From Escherichia coli (GTDB lineage Bacteria > Pseudomonadota > Gammaproteobacteria > Enterobacterales > Enterobacteriaceae), in assembly GCF_024223415.1 (NCBI RefSeq), contig NZ_CP100500.1: a stretch of DNA of 64,000 bases; one strand, given 5' to 3'. The first letter of the stretch is position 1; every line of letters starts with the position of its first letter. Position numbers and translations under genes: made by a program. Under the pieces are notes generated by a model that did not search any database, was not told the DNA's origin, and saw only the letters and a program-made list of their open reading frames with translations. Positions 23,814 to 40,416 of this stretch are shown here, piece by piece.

Positions 23814-23827
23814 TTGATATATATCAA
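23814..23827 (+). promoter_or_regulatory. FNR consensus site TTGAT-atat-ATCAA upstream of pdeF
   Basis: 10 of 10 match to TTGATnnnnATCAA, about 135 nt upstream of the pdeF ATG. Confidence 0.55.
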
Positions 23828-23954
23828 TTGGAACTTTCATATGACACTTAGAATCAATGCTCTCTATAGTGATGAATAATCATCATTCGAAGTCAGGTGG
23901 GATGCCTGTCTGAATACACCTCCTTCAGGATGTGGGGGATTCTGCTGAGCATCT

Positions 23955-26198
23955 ATGAAACTGAATGCAAATTATATAAAAATACGTGATAAATGGTGGG
24001 GGCTTCCGCTGTTCCTGCCTTCTTTAATCTTGCCCGTTTTCGCCCACATTAATACTTTCGCGCATATTTCTTCCGGTGAGGTTTTTCTCTTTTATCTGCC
24101 TTTGGCACTGATGATCAGCATGATGATGTTTTTCAGCTGGGCGGCATTGCCAGGGATCGCCTTAGGGATTTTTGTCCGCAAATATGCAGAGCTTGGTTTT
24201 TACGAAACGCTCTCATTAACGGCTAATTTTATTATCATTATCATTCTCTGTTGGGGCGGTTACAGGGTCTTTACTCCCCGGCGTAACAACGTTTCACATG
24301 GTAATACCCGTTTAATTTCCCAGCGTATATTCTGGCAGATTGTGTTTCCTGCAACGCTGTTTCTGATACTTTTCCAGTTTGCTGCGTTTGTAGGATTACT
24401 GGCGAGCAGAGAAAATCTGGTCGGCGTCATGCCTTTTAACCTCGGGACCTTAATCAATTATCAGGCCTTACTGGTGGGCAATCTGATTGGTGTCCCGCTG
24501 TGCTACTTCATCATTCGGGTAGTTCGAAATCCGTTTTATTTACGTAGTTATTATTCGCAATTAAAACAGCAGGTTGATGTCAAAGTCACCAAAAAAGAGT
24601 TCGCGCTCTGGCTACTGGCATTAGGTGCTTTACTATTGCTGTTATGCATGCCGTTAAATGAAAAAAGCACAATTTTTAGTACCAATTATACCTTGTCATT
24701 ATTGCTGCCCCTGATGATGTGGGGAGCGATGCGCTATGGTTATAAGCTGATTTCACTGCTCTGGGCGGTCGTGTTGATGATCAGCATCCACAGCTATCAA
24801 AATTACATTCCCATTTATCCTGGCTATACCACGCAGCTGACCATAACCTCCTCAAGTTATCTGGTATTCTCTTTTATTGTCAATTATATGGCTGTACTGG
24901 CAACCCGTCAGAGAGCGGTAGTCAGACGTATTCAACGGCTTGCGTATGTGGACCCGGTGGTTCATCTGCCAAATGTTCGCGCCCTGAATCGCGCGTTGCG
25001 TGATGCCCCCTGGTCTGCGCTTTGTTATTTACGCATCCCTGGCATGGAAATGCTGGTTAAAAACTATGGCATCATGCTGCGGATTCAATACAAGCAAAAA
25101 CTTTCTCACTGGCTGTCACCATTGCTGGAACCGGGTGAAGATGTTTATCAGCTTTCGGGTAACGATCTCGCGCTGCGACTGAATACAGAATCGCACCAGG
25201 AGCGCATTACCGCACTGGATAGCCATCTCAAGCAATTTCGTTTCTTTTGGGATGGCATGCCGATGCAACCGCAGATTGGCGTCAGTTACTGCTATGTGCG
25301 CTCGCCAGTGAATCATATCTACCTGCTGCTGGGAGAGCTAAATACGGTCGCCGAACTTTCCATCGTGACCAACGCCCCGGAAAATATGCAGCGTCGCGGG
25401 GCAATGTATTTGCAACGCGAATTGAAAGATAAAGTCGCGATGATGAATCGACTACAGCAGGCGCTGGAACACAACCATTTTTTCCTGATGGCCCAGCCGA
25501 TTACCGGTATGCGTGGTGATGTTTACCATGAAATTCTTCTGCGCATGAAAGGTGAGAATGATGAACTGATCGGCCCCGATAGCTTCTTGCCGGTCGCGCA
25601 CGAATTTGGTTTATCGTCGAGTATCGACATGTGGGTCATTGAGCATACGCTGCAATTTATGGCTGAAAACAGAGCGAAGATGCCCGCTCACCGTTTTGCT
25701 ATTAATCTGTCTCCAACCTCGGTATGCCAGGCTCGTTTTCCTGTTGAAGTCAGTCAGCTGCTGGCTAAATATCAGATTGAAGCGTGGCAACTTATTTTTG
25801 AAGTCACCGAAAGTAATGCTCTGACCAATGTTAAGCAGGCGCAAATCACCTTGCAGCATCTTCAGGAATTAGGCTGCCAGATTGCGATTGATGATTTCGG
25901 CACCGGCTACGCCAGCTATGCGCGGCTTAAAAATGTGAATGCCGATCTGCTTAAAATTGACGGCAGTTTTATCCGCAATATTGTGTCAAATAGTCTGGAT
26001 TATCAGATAGTGGCATCGATTTGCCACCTGGCGCGAATGAAGAAAATGCGGGTAGTGGCAGAGTACGTTGAAAACGAAGAGATCCGCGAGGCGGTGCTCT
26101 CTTTGGGGATCGATTATATGCAGGGTTATCTTATTGGTAAGCCGCAGCCGTTAATTGATACGTTGAATGAAATCGAACCCATTCGCGAAAGTGCCTGA
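23955..26198 (+). CDS. pdeF: Cyclic di-GMP phosphodiesterase PdeF (YfgF), MASE1-GGDEF(degenerate)-EAL
   Basis: 747-aa ORF with multi-TM N-terminal half and C-terminal EAL-type region. Confidence 0.9.
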   Translation: MKLNANYIKIRDKWWGLPLFLPSLILPVFAHINTFAHISSGEVFLFYLPLALMISMMMFFSWAALPGIALGIFVRKYAELGFYETLSLTANFIIIIILCWGGYRVFTPRRNNVSHGNTRLISQRIFWQIVFPATLFLILFQFAAFVGLLASRENLVGVMPFNLGTLINYQALLVGNLIGVPLCYFIIRVVRNPFYLRSYYSQLKQQVDVKVTKKEFALWLLALGALLLLLCMPLNEKSTIFSTNYTLSLLLPLMMWGAMRYGYKLISLLWAVVLMISIHSYQNYIPIYPGYTTQLTITSSSYLVFSFIVNYMAVLATRQRAVVRRIQRLAYVDPVVHLPNVRALNRALRDAPWSALCYLRIPGMEMLVKNYGIMLRIQYKQKLSHWLSPLLEPGEDVYQLSGNDLALRLNTESHQERITALDSHLKQFRFFWDGMPMQPQIGVSYCYVRSPVNHIYLLLGELNTVAELSIVTNAPENMQRRGAMYLQRELKDKVAMMNRLQQALEHNHFFLMAQPITGMRGDVYHEILLRMKGENDELIGPDSFLPVAHEFGLSSSIDMWVIEHTLQFMAENRAKMPAHRFAINLSPTSVCQARFPVEVSQLLAKYQIEAWQLIFEVTESNALTNVKQAQITLQHLQELGCQIAIDDFGTGYASYARLKNVNADLLKIDGSFIRNIVSNSLDYQIVASICHLARMKKMRVVAEYVENEEIREAVLSLGIDYMQGYLIGKPQPLIDTLNEIEPIRESA

Positions 26199-26203
26199 AT
26201 AAT

Positions 26204-26230
26204 GCGGGCCGACATTTCTCGTCGGCCCGC
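26204..26230. terminator. GC-rich hairpin between convergent pdeF and ppx (possible bidirectional terminator)
   Basis: Perfect 10-bp stem gcgggccgac / gtcggcccgc with 7-nt loop; flanking U-tracts are weak. Confidence 0.4.
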
Positions 26231-26236
26231 AAAGCA

Positions 26237-29849
<3,613 letters not shown>

Positions 29850-29975
29850 TACCACTTTTACTCCGTTTTATTCACGGGACACTGCCTGGATATTATGGCG
29901 AGCAATATTGGCAGATGTCCAACTATGCCAGAAAAGGGGGAAAAAAACTGCTGGAGCTTGCGATTTACAGGTGAA

Positions 29976-30004
29976 TTGAAAAACGCCAGCGGCAGAGCTG
30001 GCGC
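29976..30004 (-). terminator. Rho-independent terminator after purN (minus strand)
   Basis: Hairpin cgccagc / gctggcg followed on the minus strand by a U-run (forward A-run). Confidence 0.5.
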
Positions 30005-30020
30005 TTTAACTACGGGGGCA

Positions 30021-30658
30021 TTACTCGTCGGCAGCGTAGCCCTGCGGCGGCAGACGTTGACCATCCAGCCACGCGGCGTTTTCGTGCATTTTCAGACGAC
30101 CATCGGCAAACCAGCTAATCACCAGTGGATAAATGGCGTGTTCCTGGGTTTGCACGCGGGCGGTGACGTCATCTTCCGTATCACCAGCAAATACCGGGAC
30201 TTTCGCCTGTAAAATAACCGGGCCACCGTCCAGTTCATCGGTGACGAAATGCACCGATGTACCGTGCTCTTCATCGCCATTTTCCAGCGCTTGACGATGG
30301 GTGTGTAATCCGGGATATTTCGGCAGCAGAGAAGGGTGAATGTTCAGCAAACGCCCGGCATAGTGGGAGACAAACGCCGGGCTGAGAATGCGCATAAAAC
30401 CAGCCAGCACGACCACATCGGGTGCGTACATGTCGATTTCATGAATCAACTCCCGGTCATAGGCTTCACGACTGTCAAACGCGCTGGCGATGAGCGTATG
30501 CGTTGCAATACCCGCCTGGCGGGCGCGTTCAAGGCCGAACGCGTCGGCCTTATTGCTGAAAACTGCCCGTACGGTGCCTTTAATTTTGTTGGTTTTACAG
30601 GCGTCAATAATTGCCTGTAAATTACTTCCGTTGCGGGAAATAAGCACCACAATATTCA

Positions 30659-30659
<1 letters not shown>
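30021..30659 (-). CDS. purN: Phosphoribosylglycinamide formyltransferase 1
   Basis: 212-aa ORF recognised as PurN; start overlaps the purM stop. Confidence 0.95.
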
Positions 30660-31714
<1,055 letters not shown>

Positions 31715-31761
31715 TTACTTGCGGTAGAAAAATAAAATTCGGCGCAATTCTAACAGGGAAA

Positions 31762-31774
31762 GCAAACGTTTGCG
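31762..31774 (-). promoter_or_regulatory. PurR operator of purMN (GCAAACGTTTGCG)
   Basis: Perfect palindromic core of the PurR box consensus, about 65 nt upstream of the purM start. Confidence 0.6.
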
Positions 31775-32020
31775 AGACTGCTTTACACAACCTTTTTGCA
31801 CGTCTTTTCCCCAGGCGCGCGGCGAAAGAAGACTTGTGCCAGGGCAAAGGTTAGTTTTCGGATGGAATAATCTTCTTTCATAACCATTTGAATATAAAAT
31901 AACTTTATCTCAAACCGTTATCATTTTGACTAAAGTCAACGAAAATAATATTGCCGCCTTGAAGAAAGGAGGTATAATCCGTCGATTTTTTTTGTGGCTG
32001 CCCCTCAAAGGAGAAAGAGT

Positions 32021-32647
32021 ATGAAGATCGTGGAAGTCAAACACCCACTCGTCAAACACAAGCTGGGACTGATGCGTGAGCAAGATATCAGCACCAAGCG
32101 CTTTCGCGAACTCGCTTCCGAAGTGGGTAGCCTGCTGACTTACGAAGCGACCGCCGACCTCGAAACGGAAAAAGTAACTATCGAAGGCTGGAACGGCCCG
32201 GTAGAAATCGACCAGATCAAAGGTAAGAAAATTACCGTTGTGCCAATTCTGCGTGCGGGTCTGGGGATGATGGACGGTGTGCTGGAAAACGTTCCGAGCG
32301 CGCGCATCAGCGTTGTCGGTATGTACCGTAATGAAGAAACGCTGGAGCCGGTACCGTACTTCCAGAAACTGGTTTCTAACATCGATGAGCGTATGGCGCT
32401 GATCGTTGACCCAATGCTGGCAACCGGTGGTTCCGTTATTGCGACCATCGACCTGCTGAAAAAAGCGGGCTGCAGCAGCATCAAAGTTCTGGTGCTGGTA
32501 GCTGCGCCAGAAGGTATCGCTGCGCTGGAAAAAGCGCACCCGGACGTCGAACTGTATACCGCATCGATTGATCAGGGACTGAACGAGCACGGATACATTA
32601 TTCCGGGCCTCGGCGATGCCGGTGACAAAATCTTTGGTACGAAATAA
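32021..32647 (+). CDS. upp: Uracil phosphoribosyltransferase
   Basis: 208-aa product from [16 protein letters not shown]; the ORF-track start is 9 codons upstream. Confidence 0.95.
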
Positions 32648-32732
32648 AGAATAAAAATAATTAAAGCCGACTTTAAGAGTCGGCTTTTTTTTGAGTAAAG
32701 CGCCTATAACACATAATACAGAGGATAATACT

Positions 32733-34022
32733 ATGACGCGCCGTGCTATCGGGGTGAGTGAAAGACCGCCACTTTTACAGACAATCCCGCTTAGTTTGCA
32801 ACATTTGTTCGCCATGTTTGGTGCAACCGTCCTGGTGCCCGTCTTATTTCATATTAACCCGGCGACTGTACTGTTATTTAACGGTATTGGAACGCTGCTG
32901 TATCTCTTCATCTGTAAAGGGAAAATTCCGGCTTATCTTGGTTCCAGCTTTGCCTTTATTTCACCGGTATTGTTACTGTTGCCGTTAGGGTATGAAGTCG
33001 CGCTGGGCGGCTTTATTATGTGCGGCGTGCTGTTCTGCCTGGTTTCTTTTATCGTGAAGAAAGCGGGGACCGGCTGGCTGGACGTGCTGTTTCCACCTGC
33101 GGCAATGGGCGCAATCATTGCCGTCATCGGTCTGGAGCTGGCGGGCGTAGCTGCCGGTATGGCGGGTTTACTCCCGGCTGAAGGGCAAACGCCAGACTCC
33201 AAAACCATCATCATCTCTATTACCACCCTGGCGGTCACGGTTTTAGGTTCCGTGCTGTTTCGTGGTTTCCTGGCAATTATCCCGATTTTAATTGGCGTGC
33301 TGGTGGGGTACGCGCTCTCTTTCGCAATGGGAATTGTCGATACCACGCCGATTATTAATGCTCACTGGTTTGCGCTGCCAACCCTCTATACGCCGCGCTT
33401 CGAGTGGTTTGCCATTCTGACTATTCTGCCAGCGGCGTTAGTGGTTATTGCCGAACACGTAGGGCACCTGGTAGTAACGGCTAATATCGTCAAAAAAGAT
33501 CTGCTGCGCGATCCAGGTCTGCACCGTTCGATGTTTGCTAACGGCCTGTCGACCGTGATCTCCGGCTTCTTTGGCTCCACGCCAAACACCACCTACGGGG
33601 AAAACATTGGCGTGATGGCGATCACCCGTGTTTACAGTACCTGGGTTATCGGCGGGGCGGCGATTTTCGCTATCCTGCTTTCCTGCGTCGGTAAACTGGC
33701 TGCTGCTATCCAGATGATCCCATTGCCGGTGATGGGTGGTGTTTCGCTGCTGCTTTACGGTGTCATCGGTGCTTCTGGTATTCGTGTGTTGATCGAATCG
33801 AAAGTGGATTACAACAAAGCACAGAACCTGATCCTGACTTCCGTGATTTTGATCATCGGCGTCAGTGGCGCGAAGGTAAACATCGGCGCGGCGGAGTTGA
33901 AAGGTATGGCGCTGGCGACCATCGTCGGTATCGGCTTAAGTTTGATTTTCAAACTGATCAGTGTGCTGCGCCCTGAAGAAGTGGTGCTGGACGCAGAAGA
34001 CGCGGATATAACAGACAAATAA
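32733..34022 (+). CDS. uraA: Uracil:proton symporter
   Basis: 429-aa polytopic membrane protein from [16 protein letters not shown]; upp-uraA operon. Confidence 0.9.
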   Translation: MTRRAIGVSERPPLLQTIPLSLQHLFAMFGATVLVPVLFHINPATVLLFNGIGTLLYLFICKGKIPAYLGSSFAFISPVLLLLPLGYEVALGGFIMCGVLFCLVSFIVKKAGTGWLDVLFPPAAMGAIIAVIGLELAGVAAGMAGLLPAEGQTPDSKTIIISITTLAVTVLGSVLFRGFLAIIPILIGVLVGYALSFAMGIVDTTPIINAHWFALPTLYTPRFEWFAILTILPAALVVIAEHVGHLVVTANIVKKDLLRDPGLHRSMFANGLSTVISGFFGSTPNTTYGENIGVMAITRVYSTWVIGGAAIFAILLSCVGKLAAAIQMIPLPVMGGVSLLLYGVIGASGIRVLIESKVDYNKAQNLILTSVILIIGVSGAKVNIGAAELKGMALATIVGIGLSLIFKLISVLRPEEVVLDAEDADITDK

Positions 34023-34116
34023 TGTACCGACCGGGCAGTGTTGCTGCCCGGTTCAAACATCATGGCATTCTGTGGTAAACTTCTCGCGATTTTGTGAAAT
34101 CCTGGTTGAGGTATCT

Positions 34117-34818
34117 CTGAACACACCGGCACAGCTCTCTTTGCCACTTTATCTTCCTGACGACGAAACCTTTGCAAGTTTCTGGCCGGGGGATAACTCC
34201 TCTTTACTGGCCGCGCTGCAAAACGTGCTGCGTCAGGAACATAGCGGTTACATCTATCTCTGGGCACGCGAAGGCGCGGGGCGCAGCCATCTGCTGCACG
34301 CGGCTTGCGCGGAATTGTCGCAGCGTGGCGATGCGGTGGGCTATGTCCCACTGGATAAACGCACCTGGTTTGTTCCGGAAGTGCTCGACGGTATGGAGCA
34401 TTTGTCGCTGGTCTGTATCGACAACATTGAGTGTATTGCAGGTGATGAGTTGTGGGAGATGGCGATTTTCGATCTCTACAATCGAATTCTGGAATCGGGC
34501 AAAACACGGTTGTTGATCACCGGTGATCGTCCACCGCGGCAGTTGAATCTGGGATTACCGGATCTCGCGTCGCGACTCGACTGGGGGCAGATCTACAAAT
34601 TGCAGCCACTTTCTGATGAAGATAAGTTGCAGGCGCTACAGTTACGCGCGCGTTTGCGTGGTTTTGAACTGCCGGAAGATGTGGGGCGTTTCTTGCTGAA
34701 GCGGCTCGACAGAGAAATGCGCACGCTATTTATGACGTTGGATCAGTTGGATCGTGCGTCGATTACCGCGCAACGTAAGCTGACCATTCCGTTTGTGAAA
34801 GAAATTCTGAAGTTGTAG
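34117..34818 (+). CDS. hda: DnaA-inactivating AAA+ protein Hda, initiating at CUG
   Basis: AAA+ ORF; a CTG codon at 34117 with GAGG Shine-Dalgarno about 8 nt upstream gives a 233-aa product beginning (M)[13 protein letters not shown]. Confidence 0.8.
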
Positions 34819-34830
34819 ATAAGGTGTTTA

Positions 34831-34911
34831 TTGTCGGATGCGGCGCGAACGCCTTATCCGAACTACGCGAAGTTAATCCATAGAATTCGTAGGCCGGATA
34901 AGACGTGGCAA
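34831..34911. repeat. REP/BIME palindromic units, the second interrupted by the IS element (remainder at 36344-36362)
   Basis: gtcggatgcggcgcgaacgccttatccgaactac and gtaggccggataagacgtggcaa match the enterobacterial REP consensus family. Confidence 0.6.
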
Positions 34912-35438
34912 TGAACTGCACCCCAAATGTTGGACATAATCTGACATCTGAAGGTGCAGTTTATGAAACATTCATTTGAAGTAAAACTTGCCGCTGTAAA
35001 TCATTACCTGGCCGGTCATGCAGGCATCATTTCTACGGCAAAACTCTTTCAACTTTCTCACACCAGCCTCTCACACTGGATTAATCTTTTTCTTCTTCAC
35101 GGTCCTCAGGCACTGGATTGCAGACACAAGCGTAGCTATTCTCCTGAAGATAAACTTTGCGTGGTTCTTTATGCTCTCGGGCATTCTGAGTCTCTACCCC
35201 GGGTAGCTGCCCGGTTTAACATTCCCAGCCACAACATGGTTAAAAACTGGATAAAAGGCTACCGCAAATCTGGTAATGAGGCCTTTATCAGGCGCAGGAA
35301 GGAGAAAAGCATGACCCGTTCTGATGATACCCATGAAAACGAGGCAAACATGACGCCGGAAGAGATGAAGAATGAGCTGCGTTATCTTCGCGCAGAAAAT
35401 GCATATCTGAAAGCCATGCAGGAGCATCTCCTGGAAAA

Positions 35439-36343
<905 letters not shown>

Positions 36344-36391
36344 GCAAGCGTCGCATCCGGCAATGTGCTTCAACTAGCGATGGCGCACATC

Positions 36392-36751
36392 TTAACCCAC
36401 GATTTCCAGTACCTGCTCCGGTGGACGACCAATTCGCGCTTTGCCATTCGCGACCACAATCGGGCGCTCCATCAGCTTCGGATTATCCACCATTGCCTGA
36501 ATCAGCGCCTCTTCGCTAAGCGAACTGTCAGCCAGGTTCAGTTCTTTATAAAGATCCTCTTTCTGGCGCATCAATTCACGGGCGCTATTCATCCCCAGCA
36601 TTTTCAGCAAATCGCGCAGCGTTGCCGCATCGGCGGGTGTCTCAAGGTAGAGCACCACTTCTGGCTCCACGCCGTTTTCTTTCAGCAGGTTCAGCGTTTC
36701 CCGGCTCTTTGAACAGCGTGGGTTATGGTAGATTTTTACCTGTTTGGTCAT
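36392..36751 (-). CDS. yfgD: ArsC/Spx-family thioredoxin-fold protein YfgD
   Basis: 119-aa ORF with N-terminal CSKS motif. Confidence 0.9.
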   Translation of the reverse strand: MTKQVKIYHNPRCSKSRETLNLLKENGVEPEVVLYLETPADAATLRDLLKMLGMNSARELMRQKEDLYKELNLADSSLSEEALIQAMVDNPKLMERPIVVANGKARIGRPPEQVLEIVG

Positions 36752-36771
36752 TGTTCTTCCTTTAATGCGAA

Positions 36772-38235
36772 TTACATCTTGGTATAAGGCTTAAAGCGTT
36801 CCTGCAGCTGGCGCAACTGGTCGATGCGCGCATCGTAACGCGCTTGTTGCAGGCTGCCTAATTTCACCTGCGAACTGGCGCTACTCAACAGCGAAATGGC
36901 CTGATCGAGTCGCCCGGCGAGCGCATAACCTTCTGCTCGCGCAGCCAGTTCCTGATCGCGGTTATTTAGCGCGGCTTCCGCCTGTGCCAGCAAATCCCAG
37001 CCGTTGCTGTCATCTTTATTATTAAAGGTGTAGCGATTCAGAATATTGGCCGCTTCTTGTGGTTGACCGCCTTGCAGATAAGCGTTCGCCAGGTTGAGCT
37101 GCAACACCGGATTGGTGCGTAAATCGCGGGCATTTTTCAGACGATTGATCGCCTCATTGGCTTTGTTTTGCCCAAGATCAATATCGGTAGCCAGATCGAG
37201 ATACCATGCGTTGCCAGGTTCTGCCGCCAGTAACGGTTGCAGCGTTTTTCGCGCCTCGTCGTATTTATTGGCTTCCATCGCCTGTAAAGCACGACCATAT
37301 TGCGCCGCTCGTTGCTGACGAACGTTTCCTTTCGCCCATTCATCCAGCAAATCACTGGTGAGCTGGTTACGTCCGGAATTATACATCCCCAGTGTGCGCG
37401 CTTTCGCCAGATAGAAATCTTCCGACGACTGCACCACCATCGGGCGCATCTGATTAGCACGGTTGCGGGCATCTGCCAGACGACTTTCCGGCAACGGGTG
37501 AGTCAGTAAAATTTCCGGCGGGCGCGAGGAGTAACGCGCCTGATCGAGTAATTTTTCGAGGAAGGTTGGCATCGCCTGCGGATCGAATCCCGAGCGTTGC
37601 AGCACCTGAATACCAATGCGGTCCGCTTCCTGTTCATTTTGCTGGGTGAAACTGATCATCCCCTGACGCGTTCCCGCCAGTGTACCGGTCAGCGCCGCCA
37701 TCCCCGCCTGCGGACTGGCCATCGCCAGTAAAATAGAACCTAACGCGCCGACCCAGGTCAGCGGCGCGCTGCGCTGCTGATCTTCCATCGCTCGCGCCAG
37801 GTGACGTTGGGTGACGTGGGAGATTTCGTGCGCCATAACTGAAGCCAGTTGACTTTCGTTATCGGAATAACGGAACAGGGCAGAGTGCAGCACCACGTTG
37901 CCGCCAAAGAAAGCAAAGGCGTTAATTTCGTCGTTGTTGATCAGAAAAAAATGAAACGGTGTCTTAACCGAATTGGCATGCGAAACCAGACGCATCCCCA
38001 GCGAATTAATATATTGCGTTAACAGCGGGTCATTAATTAACGGCGCGCTGCCGCGTAGCTGGCGGACATAATAGTCGCCCATCTGCATTTCCTGACCAAT
38101 GGAAAGCGTGCTTCCTGCGGAGGTTCCCATATCCGGCAAGGTGTCTGCGCTGTCGGCAAATGCCGGGGCTACCTGACCAATGGTCATAGCAGCAATGAGG
38201 GTTGCAACCAGGTTTTTTTTCAACTGCCTGAACAT
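36772..38235 (-). CDS. bepA: Periplasmic M48 metalloprotease/chaperone BepA with TPR domain
   Basis: 487-aa ORF with signal peptide, HEISH zinc motif and TPR-like C-terminal half. Confidence 0.9.
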
Positions 38236-38447
38236 AACCTCTATCCTGTATTTCTGAAGATAGTCATTTGACCGATACTGTGAAATATCGTTCCCACCGC
38301 GCCGCCTTTGAGTGTAACGGCGAAGATTAGCCCACTCAAATGACTTTTCAGTTTCCTGAATCCGTCATAAAAAGCGAAGTCTTTTTTGTGACATTTCGAT
38401 ACAATTGCGGATCGCAATCCCGCTCTTGAGGTTCAGGGAAGGTCTTT

Positions 38448-39509
38448 ATGCTCGAAATGTTGATGCAATGGTATCGCCGCCGTTTTAGCGACCCGGAAGC
38501 GATTGCCTTGCTGGTTATTTTAGTTGCCGGATTTGGCATTATCTTTTTCTTTAGTGGCCTGCTTGCTCCGTTGCTGGTGGCTATTGTGCTGGCCTATTTG
38601 CTGGAATGGCCAACCGTGCGCCTGCAATCTATTGGCTGCTCCCGCCGCTGGGCGACGTCGATTGTATTGGTGGTTTTTGTCGGTATATTGCTACTGATGG
38701 CGTTCGTGGTACTGCCTATCGCCTGGCAACAGGGCATCTACTTAATCCGCGATATGCCGGGGATGCTCAATAAGCTTTCTGACTTTGCCGCCACGTTGCC
38801 GCGCCGCTATCCGGCGTTAATGGATGCGGGCATTATTGATGCAATGGCCGAAAATATGCGCAGTCGGATGCTGACCATGGGCGATTCGGTGGTGAAAATT
38901 TCCCTCGCCTCGCTGGTCGGTTTGCTGACCATAGCCGTCTATCTGGTGCTGGTACCATTGATGGTCTTCTTCCTGCTGAAAGACAAAGAGCAGATGCTGA
39001 ACGCCGTTCGTCGGGTGCTGCCGCGTAACCGTGGGCTGGCAGGACAGGTGTGGAAGGAGATGAATCAACAAATCACCAACTATATCCGCGGCAAAGTGCT
39101 GGAGATGATCGTGGTGGGGATCGCCACCTGGCTGGGGTTCTTGCTCTTTGGGCTGAACTATTCGCTGCTGCTGGCGGTGCTGGTCGGCTTCTCGGTACTT
39201 ATTCCGTACATTGGCGCATTTGTGGTGACCATTCCTGTGGTTGGCGTGGCGCTATTCCAGTTTGGTGCAGGCACGGAATTCTGGAGCTGCTTCGCAGTGT
39301 ATCTGATTATTCAGGCGCTGGACGGTAATCTGTTAGTACCGGTGTTGTTCTCCGAAGCGGTTAACCTGCATCCGCTGGTGATTATTTTATCGGTGGTGAT
39401 CTTCGGTGGTTTGTGGGGATTCTGGGGCGTATTCTTCGCCATTCCATTGGCGACGCTGATCAAAGCCGTGATCCACGCCTGGCCCGATGGTCAAATAGCG
39501 CAAGAATAA
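38448..39509 (+). CDS. perM: AI-2E-family permease PerM (YfgO)
   Basis: 353-aa polytopic membrane protein, divergent from bepA. Confidence 0.9.
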   Translation: MLEMLMQWYRRRFSDPEAIALLVILVAGFGIIFFFSGLLAPLLVAIVLAYLLEWPTVRLQSIGCSRRWATSIVLVVFVGILLLMAFVVLPIAWQQGIYLIRDMPGMLNKLSDFAATLPRRYPALMDAGIIDAMAENMRSRMLTMGDSVVKISLASLVGLLTIAVYLVLVPLMVFFLLKDKEQMLNAVRRVLPRNRGLAGQVWKEMNQQITNYIRGKVLEMIVVGIATWLGFLLFGLNYSLLLAVLVGFSVLIPYIGAFVVTIPVVGVALFQFGAGTEFWSCFAVYLIIQALDGNLLVPVLFSEAVNLHPLVIILSVVIFGGLWGFWGVFFAIPLATLIKAVIHAWPDGQIAQE

Positions 39510-39515
39510 TCTTCA

Positions 39516-39547
39516 GCCCGACGAACTGTTTCGCCGGGCTGATTTTT
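39516..39547. terminator. Bidirectional terminator between perM and focB
   Basis: Hairpin gcccgacgaa / ttcgccgggc followed by TGATTTTT. Confidence 0.5.
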
Positions 39548-40395
39548 CAGGATTCCTGACGTAAATAAATAGCCCGATAACATATACTCACCAGCACTGC
39601 ACCGCCGATAATATTACCCAGCATCACCGGGAGCAGATTGGCGGTAATAAAATGGCTTACCGTCAGTGCCGGAAAATTGTCTGCGCTACTGTGCGCCAGT
39701 TGCCAGAAGGAGGTAGGGGCGAAATGGCGAATGGCAATGGCGAACGGAATCACAAACAAATTGGCGATACAGTGCTCAAAGCCACTGGCGACAAACAGGG
39801 TGATGGGCAAAATCATGGCGACGATTTTGTCGCATAACGAACGCCCGCAATAACTCATCCACAGCGCCAGGCAAACCATCAGATTGCACATAATGCCGAG
39901 GCTGACAGATTCAGTAAATGTATGATGCATTTTGCCCTCGGCGCAGTGTAAAACCGCGACTCCCCACATCGCGTTTTCACTCATCACCAGCCCGGAAAAC
40001 CAGATTAACAAACTGAAACAGGCAATACCTGCCAGATTACCGCAGGCCACCAGAAGTGCGTTAATCAGCCAAGTTCGCCAACTAATAAGGCCCCGACTTT
40101 TTGCCATCACCGTCATTACCGACGAGGTGAACAGGCTGGTGCCGCAAACCGCCAGCAAAATAAAGCCGAGTGTAAAGCAAAGGCCGCCCACCAGATGGGT
40201 TAATGCCTGTGAAGACGGGGCATCGGCGATAACGGAAAGGTAAAAAGTAAATCCGATCGCCATAAACACGCCAGCGGACATCGCCATTAAAAAGACCGAC
40301 ACTTTACTGCGGGCAATTTTATGGGCGGCAATCCGTTCAGCGATTGCCGCTTTTCTGGCGCTCAACTGCAAGTCGAAAGAGAGTTTGTTTCTCAT
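39547..40395 (-). CDS. focB: Formate channel FocB
   Basis: 282-aa FNT-family membrane protein, last gene of the hyf locus. Confidence 0.9.
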   Translation of the reverse strand: MRNKLSFDLQLSARKAAIAERIAAHKIARSKVSVFLMAMSAGVFMAIGFTFYLSVIADAPSSQALTHLVGGLCFTLGFILLAVCGTSLFTSSVMTVMAKSRGLISWRTWLINALLVACGNLAGIACFSLLIWFSGLVMSENAMWGVAVLHCAEGKMHHTFTESVSLGIMCNLMVCLALWMSYCGRSLCDKIVAMILPITLFVASGFEHCIANLFVIPFAIAIRHFAPTSFWQLAHSSADNFPALTVSHFITANLLPVMLGNIIGGAVLVSICYRAIYLRQES

Positions 40396-40416
40396 GCATA
40401 CTCCTGCAAAAACAGA

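Noticed and set aside
23103-23954. AT-rich 850-bp stretch around yfgG considered as a possible foreign islet or sRNA locus
   Set aside because: Gene order yfgH-yfgG-pdeF matches the core arrangement; the AT-richness fits a regulatory intergenic region. An sRNA cannot be excluded without expression data, but no convincing terminator-bounded candidate was seen.
31910-32815. 301-aa minus-strand ORF spanning the purM-upp intergenic region, upp and the uraA start
   Set aside because: Crosses a divergent promoter region and two confirmed genes in antisense; implausible as a real gene.
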